From an uncultured Verrucomicrobiota bacterium (GTDB lineage: Bacteria; Verrucomicrobiota; Verrucomicrobiia; Limisphaerales; UBA1319), in assembly GCA_964409245.1 (NCBI GenBank), contig CAYPCQ010000010.1, positions 29,771-93,770 on the forward strand: DNA of 64,000 bases. The letters are read 5' to 3'. The notes beneath the pieces are model-generated. The model was not told where the DNA came from. It saw only the letters and a program-made list of their open reading frames with translations, and made no database searches. Positions 55,533 to 64,000 of this stretch are shown in pieces; position 1 is the first letter of the stretch; the number at the start of each line of letters is the position of its first letter. Both the position numbers and the translations under genes were made by a program.

Positions 55533-57500
55533 ATGGTGAACAAGATGCAAATACCGGGCCGGCGCGGAAGGTACACAACCCCTGGCGAGCACAGACAAAC
55601 GCGGAGGTCCGCCGTTTTGCTGCTGGCGGTCATCAGCTTGGGCTGGTGCCTGGGAGCGGCTTCCCCAGTCCAGGGAAAACTGGAGGATCCGGAGATCCGG
55701 GCCGCCGCCACCCATTTCCTGCAACGCCCCTTCTTCGCGAAGGGAACCGCCATCGCCGGGGTGGAGCCTCCCTCCTTATTCCGGCCGGGCTGGCTGGTGC
55801 GCTTGAAGCCGTCCGGCTTCATCCTGTTCAGCGCCGATACCCGCGACCTGCCCGTCATTGCTTTCTCGCCCAGGGGGGTGCTGGATATGAATCCGGAAAG
55901 CCCATGGGGCGCCGCCCTGGCCCGGAGCGGCAGCGGAACCAGCACCGATGAGCGCGGCCCCGCGGCGTGGCGGCGGCTGCTGGAACCGGCCAGCGTGAGC
56001 CGGATGGGCGAGGAAACGCCCGCCCAAATCCGGATGGAACCTTTGCTGGCCACCCACTGGTCCCAATGGACCCCTTTCAACCGCCAGTGCCCCGTGGTGA
56101 CCAATGGCCTGGCCGGCTACGGCGGGCGGGCGCCCACGGGCTGTGTGCCGGTGGCCGTAGGGCAGGTCATGCGCTACTACAACTGGCCGCAGAAAGGCAA
56201 CGGCGCCAGCGTCTTCACCGATGCCAGGGGCGCGTGCACCGGCACCTACACCGCCATTTGGACCAACGCCATCGACTGGGCGTCGATGAAAGACCGCTAC
56301 GACAACCAGCGGGAGGAAAGCCCCGAGCTGGTCAATCCGCTGGCGGATCTGATGGCGCGGCTGGGCGTGCTGGCGGAGACTGACTACGAAGGCCCCGGCA
56401 GCGGCGCGGATATCTCCACCGCCGCCCGGGGCATGGCCGCGCGCCTGGGCTACACCATGGGCGAGGTGGCCCCCGCCGGCGGGGCGGTTTTCAACTGGGC
56501 GCTGGAGACGGAAATCCTCAACCGGCGCCCGGTGCTGCTGGATCTGAACGTGACGCCCGGCCACACCGTGGTGGCGGATGGGCTTGCGGAGGATGGGGGC
56601 GTAAAATTTGTCCACCTCAATTATGGCTGGGGCGGCACCAACGATGGCTGGTATGCCAGCTACACCAACTCCCTTTTCAAAAGCCTCCTCACCACCCTCC
56701 GGCCCAACCCGGCTGCCGGCCTGATCGCCTGTTCCCCCAACTATCTCGAGCTGACCACGACCAACAGCCAGCTGCCCGAATTTTCGCTCCAGCTGGCGGG
56801 CATCGGCGCCACCAATCTCAGTTATGCCCTGGCCAGCCCGGCGCCCTGGATCAGCATCCTGCCCGCCTCCGGCTCCAATCTCACCCAGGCGGTGGCGCAT
56901 GGGGTGCGCGTGGAGGGGGGCCAGCTGGCCTACGGCACCAATGACGCCTATGTGGAAATCACCGGCAGCGCCTCCAACCTGCCCCGGCGGGTGGCGCTGC
57001 GCATCTACCGGCCGGATCCGCCGGTGATCACCCGGGAGCCGGCGGATGTGGCATCCTATTTCCCGACGAATAATTTCCTGTCGATCAAGGCCTCCGCAGG
57101 CGCGGTTTACGCGCCGTATATCCTGTATGACGTGGTGAATTACCAATGGTATTACAACGGGCAGCCGCTGCCCGGCCAGACCGAATCCTGGTGCGAAACC
57201 ACCGGGTTTGGCACGTATCAATGCGAGATCACCACGCTGGGGGGGCGCCTCAAATCCCGGGAAATCGTGGTGGCCAGGCCCGCCCAGGGGAGCGAAGTCA
57301 AGCTGCTGGAATCCTCCAGCGAAAAGCTCCTGCTCCAGATTGACAATGTCCAGAACGGCCGCTGCTATATCCAATCCTCACCCGACCTGAAGAACTGGAC
57401 CGACTTCGGTTCCCTGGCGGTTCCTCCGGGCACCCAGGCGCGCATTGAGATCGTCGTTTCCAAAAACAACGCCCGCCGGTTTTACCGCGTCCGCGAGTGA
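55533..57500 (+). CDS. C10-family (streptopain/SpeB-like) cysteine peptidase with N-terminal inhibitor-like propeptide, Ig-like domains and shared C-terminal module
   Basis: Propeptide-like ...HFLQRPFFAKG...GFILFSADTRDLPVIAFS. Catalytic Cys context WSQWTPFNRQCP...APTGCVPVAVGQVMRYYNWP. His context PGHTVVADG...HLNYGWGG. Ends RRFYRVRE. Confidence 0.85.
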   Translation: MVNKMQIPGRRGRYTTPGEHRQTRRSAVLLLAVISLGWCLGAASPVQGKLEDPEIRAAATHFLQRPFFAKGTAIAGVEPPSLFRPGWLVRLKPSGFILFSADTRDLPVIAFSPRGVLDMNPESPWGAALARSGSGTSTDERGPAAWRRLLEPASVSRMGEETPAQIRMEPLLATHWSQWTPFNRQCPVVTNGLAGYGGRAPTGCVPVAVGQVMRYYNWPQKGNGASVFTDARGACTGTYTAIWTNAIDWASMKDRYDNQREESPELVNPLADLMARLGVLAETDYEGPGSGADISTAARGMAARLGYTMGEVAPAGGAVFNWALETEILNRRPVLLDLNVTPGHTVVADGLAEDGGVKFVHLNYGWGGTNDGWYASYTNSLFKSLLTTLRPNPAAGLIACSPNYLELTTTNSQLPEFSLQLAGIGATNLSYALASPAPWISILPASGSNLTQAVAHGVRVEGGQLAYGTNDAYVEITGSASNLPRRVALRIYRPDPPVITREPADVASYFPTNNFLSIKASAGAVYAPYILYDVVNYQWYYNGQPLPGQTESWCETTGFGTYQCEITTLGGRLKSREIVVARPAQGSEVKLLESSSEKLLLQIDNVQNGRCYIQSSPDLKNWTDFGSLAVPPGTQARIEIVVSKNNARRFYRVRE

Positions 57501-57894
57501 ATCCCCGGCCCCAACCAGATGCCGGCCCGCCCGCCGCCGGGGACGGTTTCCCAATGGCTTCGGCCCGCCCATGGCCGGTTGGAATCGGTTTCGAATAATA
57601 CCAGCCAGCCCTCCCGGCAACCCAAGGTGCCCAGGCCGGAGGCCAATGGGGCGAGGCCTCATCCCGGGCCAGTTGGCTTCGCGGCTGCTGGAGTTCGCTG
57701 GATTGGCGCGGCCTGGCGGAGGCCAGGGGCAAATCAACCCGCCGCGGGCCAGTGCCAGCTTCCCGGACCACCAGGCCCCGCCGTTGACCATCTCCGGCAA
57801 ATAAGCCATCCAACGCGGACTCAACGGGCAGGCCGCAGAGCGATTGACGGAGGCCGGCGGAAATGCCAGTCTGGGGATCACAAAACGAAAGCAG

Positions 57895-60177
57895 ATGCCC
57901 ATGAAACATATTGTATTATCCATCGCCCTGGCGGGCGGCGCTCTCCTGGCCGCCGCGGCGCCCGCGCCCGCGCCGCTGCAGGACAAAACGCTGGTGGCCT
58001 GGGTGTCCCCGGCCCATCTTTCGCAAAAAGCCGGCACCGTGCTTACCATCGACGACGGGGACTCGCATTTCGATGGGATCGTCTTCGCGGAGCTGTCGCC
58101 GCGCCGGTGGATGCCCGGCAGCGAGGGCTTCAACCGCACGCCGAAACAGCAGGCGGAATGGGCGGAGGAAACCGCCGATGCCCGCACGGTGGTGCAGGTG
58201 GCGCTGGTCCACCAGGGGCGGGAAGTGACGCTATACCGCGAGGGGCGGGCCTATGCGCGGCATACGCTGGCCAGCCCACCGCCCCGCTTTGGGCCGCGCG
58301 CGACGGTGCTGTTTGGACGCCGCCACCTGGATGCGGGGGATCCCGAGAATTCCTTCACCGGCCGGATCCTCGACGCGCGGATTTACAGCCAGGCGCTGAC
58401 CGCCGAGGCCATCGCCGCCTTGAAGCCGGGACAGGCTGGCGGCCCGGCGCCCTGGGCCTGGTGGTCTTTTGCGGACGAGGGGTTGCGGGAAAAAACCGGC
58501 CGGTTCACCGGGATCGAACTGGTGGGCGATGTGCGGCTGGAAGGCGGCAGCCTGGTGCTGAATGGCAAGGGCGCCTCCGTGATCACCACCTGCCCCGGCG
58601 ATCCGGATGAAAAACGGACCCCGGCCCCCAAGGCCTGGTCGTTCAGCGGGCCGGTGCCGGAGGAGGCGGTCCGCTCCGCCCGGCTGCTGCGGGAGCGGCT
58701 GCTGGCGGACCCGCACCGGCCCGGCTACCATTTCTGCGTGCCGGAGGACATGGGCATGCCGGGCGATCCGAATGGGGCATTTTACCACCAGGGCCGCTAC
58801 CACCTGATGTATCTCTACAACCGCAGCGGCGCGGGCTTTTGCTGGGGGCACATCTCCAGCCAGGACCTGGTCCATTGGCGGCATCATCCCGACGCCATCG
58901 GGCCGGGCGGCGGGGATGAAGGCTGTTTCAGCGGTGGCGCCTTTGTGGACGACGACGGCACGGCGTATTTATCCTACTGGATGCTCTGGGGCGCCCGGGG
59001 CATCGGCCTGGCGAAAAGCACCGGCCCCCAGTTCGACACCTGGAAAAAACCGGCGGCGAATCCCGTGATCAAATCGACGGAATGGGGTATCAGCGAAGCG
59101 GTGAACCCGGACGGCAGCAAGTTTTACTACGGCTCCGCCGATCCCTCGAACATCTGGAAAAAGGATGGCCGCTACTATATGTTAACCGGCAACCTTTTGG
59201 TCTTGAACAAAATTGGCCGGGCCGCGGAGGCGCCGTTGTCCGAGCAGGGGGACCGGCTTTATCTGTTCGCGTCGGACGACTTGAAAACCTGGCAATACCG
59301 CGGCGTGTTTTATGAGCGGAATCCCAAATGGACGGAGCGCAGCGAGGACAACATGTGCCCGAGCTTCCTGCCCCTGCCCGCCACCGCCGAAGGCGGCCCG
59401 CCCAGCGGGAAACACCTGTTGCTGTTCATCAGCCACAACCTGGGCTGCCAGTACTACGTGGGGGATTACCGGCAGGACCGTTTCCACCCGGACAACCACG
59501 GGCGCATGACGTGGGTGGACAGCACGTTCTTCGCGCCGGAGGCGCTGGTGGACCAGCGCGGCCGGCAGATCATGTGGGCCTGGCTGGTGGACAATCCGCC
59601 GGGCGAAAAGGAAAAAGGCTGGTCCGGTGTTTACGGCCTGCCCCGCACCCTCTGGCTGGGCGCCGATGGCACGCTGCGGATGCGCCCGGTGCCCGAGCTC
59701 GAAACGCTGCGCGGCCCGGTGAAGACCTGGCCCGCCATCCAACTGGCCAGCGGTGAAAGCCGGGTGCTGGAGGGTGTCCCCGGAACTTCCTGCGAGCTGC
59801 GCCTGGAAATCGAGCCGGGGGCGGGTGGCCGCTGCGGCGTCAAAGTGCGTGCCGCGCCGGACGGCGGGGAGGAAACGCTGCTCTATTTCGAGGCCGGCGC
59901 CAGCCAGCTGGTTTTTGACTCCACCCGCAGCGGCGCCCATGGCCGCAAGGCGGTGGAGCGGGCGCCGCTGGCTTTGGCGCCGGGCAAACCGCTGATCCTG
60001 CGGATCTTTGTGGACCAGTCCGTGGTGGAAGTCTTCGCCAACGACCGCCAGGCGATCTGCCGGCGCGTTTATCCCACCCGCAGCGACAGCACCGGGGTGA
60101 GCTTGTTCGCCACCGGCGCCGGGGCCCGTTTCCAGCTGACGCAGGCCTGGGAGATGACCCCCTCCAATCCCTATTGA
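57895..60177 (+). CDS. GH32-like beta-propeller glycosidase with N-terminal LamG-like domain (non-canonical catalytic motifs)
   Basis: Signal peptide MPMKHIVLSIALAGGALLAAA. LamG-like ...GRILDARIYSQALTAEAIAAL. GH32-like PGYHF...MPGDPNGAFYHQGRYHLMY, WGHISSQDLVHWRH, CFSGGAF, SADPSNIWKKDGRYYM, DNMCPSF, then a C-terminal beta-sandwich. Confidence 0.8.
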   Translation: MPMKHIVLSIALAGGALLAAAAPAPAPLQDKTLVAWVSPAHLSQKAGTVLTIDDGDSHFDGIVFAELSPRRWMPGSEGFNRTPKQQAEWAEETADARTVVQVALVHQGREVTLYREGRAYARHTLASPPPRFGPRATVLFGRRHLDAGDPENSFTGRILDARIYSQALTAEAIAALKPGQAGGPAPWAWWSFADEGLREKTGRFTGIELVGDVRLEGGSLVLNGKGASVITTCPGDPDEKRTPAPKAWSFSGPVPEEAVRSARLLRERLLADPHRPGYHFCVPEDMGMPGDPNGAFYHQGRYHLMYLYNRSGAGFCWGHISSQDLVHWRHHPDAIGPGGGDEGCFSGGAFVDDDGTAYLSYWMLWGARGIGLAKSTGPQFDTWKKPAANPVIKSTEWGISEAVNPDGSKFYYGSADPSNIWKKDGRYYMLTGNLLVLNKIGRAAEAPLSEQGDRLYLFASDDLKTWQYRGVFYERNPKWTERSEDNMCPSFLPLPATAEGGPPSGKHLLLFISHNLGCQYYVGDYRQDRFHPDNHGRMTWVDSTFFAPEALVDQRGRQIMWAWLVDNPPGEKEKGWSGVYGLPRTLWLGADGTLRMRPVPELETLRGPVKTWPAIQLASGESRVLEGVPGTSCELRLEIEPGAGGRCGVKVRAAPDGGEETLLYFEAGASQLVFDSTRSGAHGRKAVERAPLALAPGKPLILRIFVDQSVVEVFANDRQAICRRVYPTRSDSTGVSLFATGAGARFQLTQAWEMTPSNPY

Positions 60178-60202
60178 AAACCACGGCCCCGGGCGGCTCC
60201 CG

Positions 60203-60242
60203 GCGCAACCCTGGCCGCGCGGGTTGCGCTTGAGTTTTTTGT
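60203..60242 (+). terminator. Rho-independent terminator after the GH32-like gene
   Basis: gcgcaaccc-tggccgcgc-gggttgcgc (9-bp perfect stem) followed by ttgagttttttgtg, 26 nt after the stop. Confidence 0.75.
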
Positions 60243-60302
60243 GTTGCCTGCCAGGTGGGGGGCTGATTAGTGTAGCGGATGAGTAGATATGAGGAAATTA
60301 TT

Positions 60303-61331
60303 ATGAGGGAATTGTGCATATACTTGTGCCTGTCTATTCTGGCCCTGGCCCCATGCGCCGCCTGCGCCCAAACCGAGGGCAGCGCCCGGCTGGAGGTGAC
60401 GCTGCTGGATTACAACGGCAGCAGCACCAAGCACTACGCCGTCGTGTGGGTGACGACGGCGGCGGGAGGATTCATTGAAACCCTCTGGAAGCAGGGGCCA
60501 TCCTGGACCAGCTCGCAATGGAGCGCGCACTGCACCACCTGGAACACCGCCCGGGCGGGCAGCACGGTGCTGGACGGCTACACCAGCGCCACCGCCGCGA
60601 ATTATGCCGGCACCAACAGCCCGGTGATCCTGGCCTGGAAGTGCCGCAACGCCAGCGGCCAGCTGCTGCCGGATGGCGCCTATAAGTTCTGGGTCCAATA
60701 TGCCGAGGATCAAAGCACGCAAGGCCCGGTGACCACCGGTGGATTATCCTGGACAAAAGGCCCGGCTGGCGCCACCAACAGCTACCCGAACCAGGGGGCG
60801 AATTTCGCCAATCTGCGCGTCACCTGGACCCCGGCCACCCCGGCCACCGTGGCGCCCGCGATCACCAGCTCCGCGCCGCCCGGCGGCACGGTGGGCGTGC
60901 CCTACAGTTTTCTTTGCACCGCCTCCGGAACCACCCCCGTCAGCTTCTCGGCCACCGGCCTGCCCGGCGGGCTGCGGTTGAGCGCGGCCGGGGCGATCTC
61001 GGGCATCCCCGCGGCGGCGGGAACCTATGCGGGCGCCATCACGGCGGCCAATGGCACCCTGCCCAACGCCAGCCAGCCGTTTTCCATGGTCATCAACCTG
61101 GTGCCCCTGCAGATCGCCTCGGTGCGGACCGTCGGCAGCAACCTCGTCCTGGACGGCACCGGCCCGGCCAACGGCATCTACCAGGTGCTGACCGCCCTCA
61201 ACCTGGCCACTCCGCCCACCCAGTGGTCTCCTTTGGCGACGAATCTGGTGAATAGCGCCGGGCAGTTCAGCTTCACCAATGCCCTGGAAGCCGGCGCCAC
61301 CCGGAAATACTACCAGCTGCGGCTGCCCTGA
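60303..61331 (+). CDS. DUF2271-domain protein fused to a putative Ig (He_PIG-like) domain and the shared C-terminal module
   Basis: Signal peptide MRELCIYLCLSILALAPCAACA. DUF2271-like HYAVVWVTTAAGGFIETLW...VLDGYTSATAANY...ILAWKCRNASGQLLPDGAYKFWVQYAED. Ig-like GVPYSFLCTASGTTPVSFSATGLPGGLRLSAAGAISGIP. Ends RKYYQLRLP. Confidence 0.8.
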   Translation: MRELCIYLCLSILALAPCAACAQTEGSARLEVTLLDYNGSSTKHYAVVWVTTAAGGFIETLWKQGPSWTSSQWSAHCTTWNTARAGSTVLDGYTSATAANYAGTNSPVILAWKCRNASGQLLPDGAYKFWVQYAEDQSTQGPVTTGGLSWTKGPAGATNSYPNQGANFANLRVTWTPATPATVAPAITSSAPPGGTVGVPYSFLCTASGTTPVSFSATGLPGGLRLSAAGAISGIPAAAGTYAGAITAANGTLPNASQPFSMVINLVPLQIASVRTVGSNLVLDGTGPANGIYQVLTALNLATPPTQWSPLATNLVNSAGQFSFTNALEAGATRKYYQLRLP

Positions 61332-61376
61332 AACACCCAGGCCGGCCCGGCCGGCCTCCCGGAAGGAGATTCCCGA

Positions 61377-62438
61377 GTGCCAATCAAGCGCCCCCAATCG
61401 TGGCTGTCCGCCGCCTGGTGCCTCGCCCTCATCCTGGCCGGCGCCACCACGCGGGCGGCGGAGCTGGCCCTCGAAGCCTGGGAGGGGCAAACCATGGGCA
61501 GCATCTACCGCGTGAAAATCGCCGGCCCCAGCCCGGGCCCGGCCCGGCTGGCGGAGCTGAAAACCGAGGTGGACCAGCGCCTGCGGGAGATCAACCGGCA
61601 AATGTCCCACTACGATCCCGGGAGCGAGCTGAGCCGGTTCAACCGCGCGCCCGCCAACCGCCCCTTCCAGATCTCGCCGGAATTCGCCCGCGTGGTGCGG
61701 TTTTCGCTGGAGCTCAACCGGCTTTCCCAAGGGGCCTTTGACCCCACTTTGGGGCCGGTGATCAACTTGTGGGGATTTGGGGAGCAGGGATCCCGCCGCG
61801 AGCCGCCGCCGCCGGTGGAATTGCTGGCGGCGCTGAAAAAGACCGGTTGCGCCCATCTGGCAGTGACGGCGCGGGATGAGCTGGTGAAGGATATCCCGGA
61901 GCTGGCCCTGAATTTATCGGCCACCGCCAAAGGCTTTGGGGTGGATGAGATCGTGCGGATACTGCGTAGGCACGGCCTGACCAACGTGTATGCGTCCATC
62001 GCGGGGGAGGTGCAGGTGCTGGGCCACAATCCCCGGGGAACGAACTGGCAGATCGGCATCTCCGCGCCGGTCGAGCACTGGACCGAGGCCGATCCGATGA
62101 TCGAGGTGGTGTCCCTCTCCAACCAGGCCATTTCCACCTCCGGCGATTACCAGAAATTCTTCAAGGACGCCCAGGGCCGCCGCTGGTGCCACCTCCTCGA
62201 TCCCCGGACCGGCTGGCCCGTGCAGCACCAGGTGGCGGGCGTCTCCCTTGTGGCGCCGGACAGCCTGACCGCCGACGGCCTGTCCACCACGTTGTTTGTG
62301 CTCGGCCCGGAGCGGGGGCTGAAGTTCATCGAAGCCTGGACCAACGCCGCAGCGCTATTCCTGATGCGGGAACCCGAGGGCCGCAGCCGGCAGATCGCCA
62401 GCCCGCGGTTCGCCAGGCTGGCGGGCATCCGGCCCTGA
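61377..62438 (+). CDS. apbE: FAD:protein FMN transferase (flavin transferase ApbE)
   Basis: GTG start 8 nt after GGAAGGAG. Signal/lipoprotein-like leader. ApbE motifs ...MGSIYRV...MSHYDPGSELSRFN...FDPTLGPVINLWGFG...ATAKGFGVDEI...ISTSGDYQKFF...HLLDPRTGWP...ADGLSTTLFVLG. Confidence 0.92.
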   Translation: MPIKRPQSWLSAAWCLALILAGATTRAAELALEAWEGQTMGSIYRVKIAGPSPGPARLAELKTEVDQRLREINRQMSHYDPGSELSRFNRAPANRPFQISPEFARVVRFSLELNRLSQGAFDPTLGPVINLWGFGEQGSRREPPPPVELLAALKKTGCAHLAVTARDELVKDIPELALNLSATAKGFGVDEIVRILRRHGLTNVYASIAGEVQVLGHNPRGTNWQIGISAPVEHWTEADPMIEVVSLSNQAISTSGDYQKFFKDAQGRRWCHLLDPRTGWPVQHQVAGVSLVAPDSLTADGLSTTLFVLGPERGLKFIEAWTNAAALFLMREPEGRSRQIASPRFARLAGIRP

Positions 62439-62459
62439 ACCGTGTTCCGGCAGTTGGGA

Positions 62460-62540
62460 GGGAATGTGACTTGGAATGAAAGTCCATGGTGGCCTGATCC
62501 GGCCGCCAGATCCGCCTCGTTACCTCGGCCATGCAACGGT
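62460..62540. repeat. Solo partial copy of the 37917-38348 repeat family (unit junction plus 5' arm)
   Basis: ggaatgtgacttggaatgaaa...cagatccgcctcgttacctcggc-catgcaacgg parallels ggaaattggaccaggattgaaa...cagatccgcctcgttacctcggcggctacc...tgcaacgg of the array. The stretch cagatccgcctcgttacctcggc is identical to array copy 3. Confidence 0.75.
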
Positions 62541-62629
62541 AGTATTCGTTCACCCAATTCAGGCAGGGCGCTCACTCCGCTGAGCGCCGGGGTTGGGTTC
62601 TCGCTGCCCACACCGCCCACCGCGGCGGC

Positions 62630-64000
62630 TCATTTCAGGATGGCCGCGCCCATGAGGCCGAAAACGCAATCGTTGGCGACGGCCTCCAGCACCACGGCGC
62701 CGAGATCGGTTCCGGGGCGCAGCGGCAGGGCCAGGAGGTGGGCCTCGGTGTCCAGCGCCACTGGCTGGGTGAGATCCGCGACTTCCGCCGAGCCGGCCGG
62801 CCCGGCCCGGCCGCCGAGGTTCTCGAAGCCATTGGCCGGGGTGTCGTGGTAGCGCCCGCACCAGGCGCCCCAGCAGTCGCCAATCCCGGAGGGGTTGGCC
62901 AGGTCCACGCGCTCCTCCCCGCCATCCGCGTAGCGCAGCACCAGGCGCAGGTTCACCACGTGGCTCTGCGCGGGGAAGGTCATGCCGCTGACCATGAGGC
63001 AAAGGGTTTGCCCCCGGCCCCGGGCGGGGAATTCGAGGCGCGCGGGATAGCCGCCCGCCAGGCTCACGACGCCGATGTTCGGCCCGGTTTTCACGCCGCG
63101 GAAGGGGATGCCGTCGGTGGTCCAGGCGGCGCCGTCCGGGCCGGCTTTGCCGCGCCAGGCGGAGTCGCTGATTTCCTGGTTGCGGCTGCCGTGGTATTGC
63201 AGGAGATGGTCGCGCCAGTAGCCGAAGCCCACCTGGCTGGCGGCCGGCGGCGGCGGCTGGGCCGCCTGGACGAGGTGCGGCAGGACGTTGGTGACCGAGT
63301 CGTTGAAGGCCGGGCCGAGGTCCAGCACGATCCAGCGCTGCAAGTCGCGCTGGCCCGCCGGCGGCGCCCGCCAAACCCGCGGCGGAGCGGCCGGCGTGGA
63401 CGGCAGGATCTGGATGGGCAGGGACAGCCAGGTGGTGCAGGGCGGTTCCCCGGCCAGCACAAAGGCGAGCGCCGGACCCGGCTCGCCGGCCGCCGTGGCG
63501 GCCAGGCCGCCCGCGCTGATTTGGGGCTGGGCCAGGACGCCCTGGGGATCGCGCCAGCCGGTGATGGACTGGCCGGGAATCCGCACACGCAGCGGCCCGC
63601 CAGGCGGGGCCTCCAACCCGGCCGGAGGCGGCAGGATGCGGGGCGCAAAGGCGATGCGGAGGCGCCCGGAGGTGGCGGCCGGGGTCCGGCCCTGGACCCA
63701 GCTCAGGCCGTCGAATCCGGGGGTGATTTCGCAAGGCACGGCCTGGCCATCCACTTCCACGGCGTGGATTTGGGCGGCCGCCAGCGGCAGCCGGAAGCGC
63801 ACGGCGGTTTCCCCGGGCGCGCGCCAATTGATGGTAACCATGCCATCCCGCTGCTGCCAGCGGCAGGCGAAATGCGGGGCTTCGATGGCCGCCTCAGGCC
63901 AGCCCTGGGGGAATTGCGGGCTTAACCCGACGATGCCATCCAGCCGTTTGGGCGTGATGCCGAACAAGCCCTCCACCACCGCGCGGCCCCACATGCTGAT
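62630..64000 (-). CDS. Glycoside-hydrolase-like protein, C-terminal portion (5' end beyond the window); function tentative
   Basis: The frame is open to base 64000. ...WGRAVVEGLFGITPKRLDGIVGLSPQFPQGWPEA... resembles the end of (alpha/alpha)6-type catalytic domains, followed by beta-sandwich-like sequence. Confidence 0.6.
   Translation of the reverse strand: MSMWGRAVVEGLFGITPKRLDGIVGLSPQFPQGWPEAAIEAPHFACRWQQRDGMVTINWRAPGETAVRFRLPLAAAQIHAVEVDGQAVPCEITPGFDGLSWVQGRTPAATSGRLRIAFAPRILPPPAGLEAPPGGPLRVRIPGQSITGWRDPQGVLAQPQISAGGLAATAAGEPGPALAFVLAGEPPCTTWLSLPIQILPSTPAAPPRVWRAPPAGQRDLQRWIVLDLGPAFNDSVTNVLPHLVQAAQPPPPAASQVGFGYWRDHLLQYHGSRNQEISDSAWRGKAGPDGAAWTTDGIPFRGVKTGPNIGVVSLAGGYPARLEFPARGRGQTLCLMVSGMTFPAQSHVVNLRLVLRYADGGEERVDLANPSGIGDCWGAWCGRYHDTPANGFENLGGRAGPAGSAEVADLTQPVALDTEAHLLALPLRPGTDLGAVVLEAVANDCVFGLMGAAILK

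Noticed and set aside
54852-55724. ORFs 54852-55229 (plus strand) and 55074-55724 (minus strand) in the long gap before the C10 peptidase gene
   Set aside because: They have no motifs and an implausible composition, and they span the AT island and the start of the peptidase gene. I treat the region as non-coding.

Overview
GC-rich bacterial chromosome segment (roughly mid-60s % GC by eye, not computed), most likely from the PVC superphylum and Verrucomicrobiota-like. The family mix supports this: a prepilin-type H-X9-DG (DUF1559) protein, an ECF sigma factor paired with a WD40 Ser/Thr kinase, a TAT-exported Gfo/Idh/MocA oxidoreductase, DUF1080, and giant PA14/LamG proteins. I call 37 protein-coding genes plus one transposase relic. 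Two genes are cut by the window edges and one is apparently frameshifted. I saw no rRNA, tRNA or CRISPR array. Many long ORFs in the six-frame track are antisense artefacts of the high GC content. The content is dominated by signal-peptide-bearing glycan- and protein-acting enzymes: GH29 fucosidase, GH16, a GH32-like enzyme, an esterase, a C10 peptidase, two arylsulfotransferase-like beta-propellers, a CotH kinase and LamG proteins. There is also a His-Asp phosphorelay block and an ApbE-DUF2271 pair. Most noteworthy: (1) eight secreted proteins share one ~60-75 aa extreme C-terminal module ending [FY][FY]R[LVI], a candidate sorting or anchoring domain. (2) A compact three-gene cassette, flanked by AT-rich DNA and a transposase relic, encodes a dockerin-tailed enzyme next to a possible cohesin-like surface protein. 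(3) An ECF sigma - 14xWD40 Ser/Thr kinase - H-X9-DG pilin-like operon is preceded by 2.3 tandem copies of a ~190-bp hairpin-forming repeat, with a solo partial copy 24 kb away. (4) An isolated eboB-eboC-like pair. (5) A GH32-like enzyme lacking the canonical acid/base Glu. (6) A frameshifted GyrI-like gene. All functional calls rest on motif recognition by eye; no database search was run.
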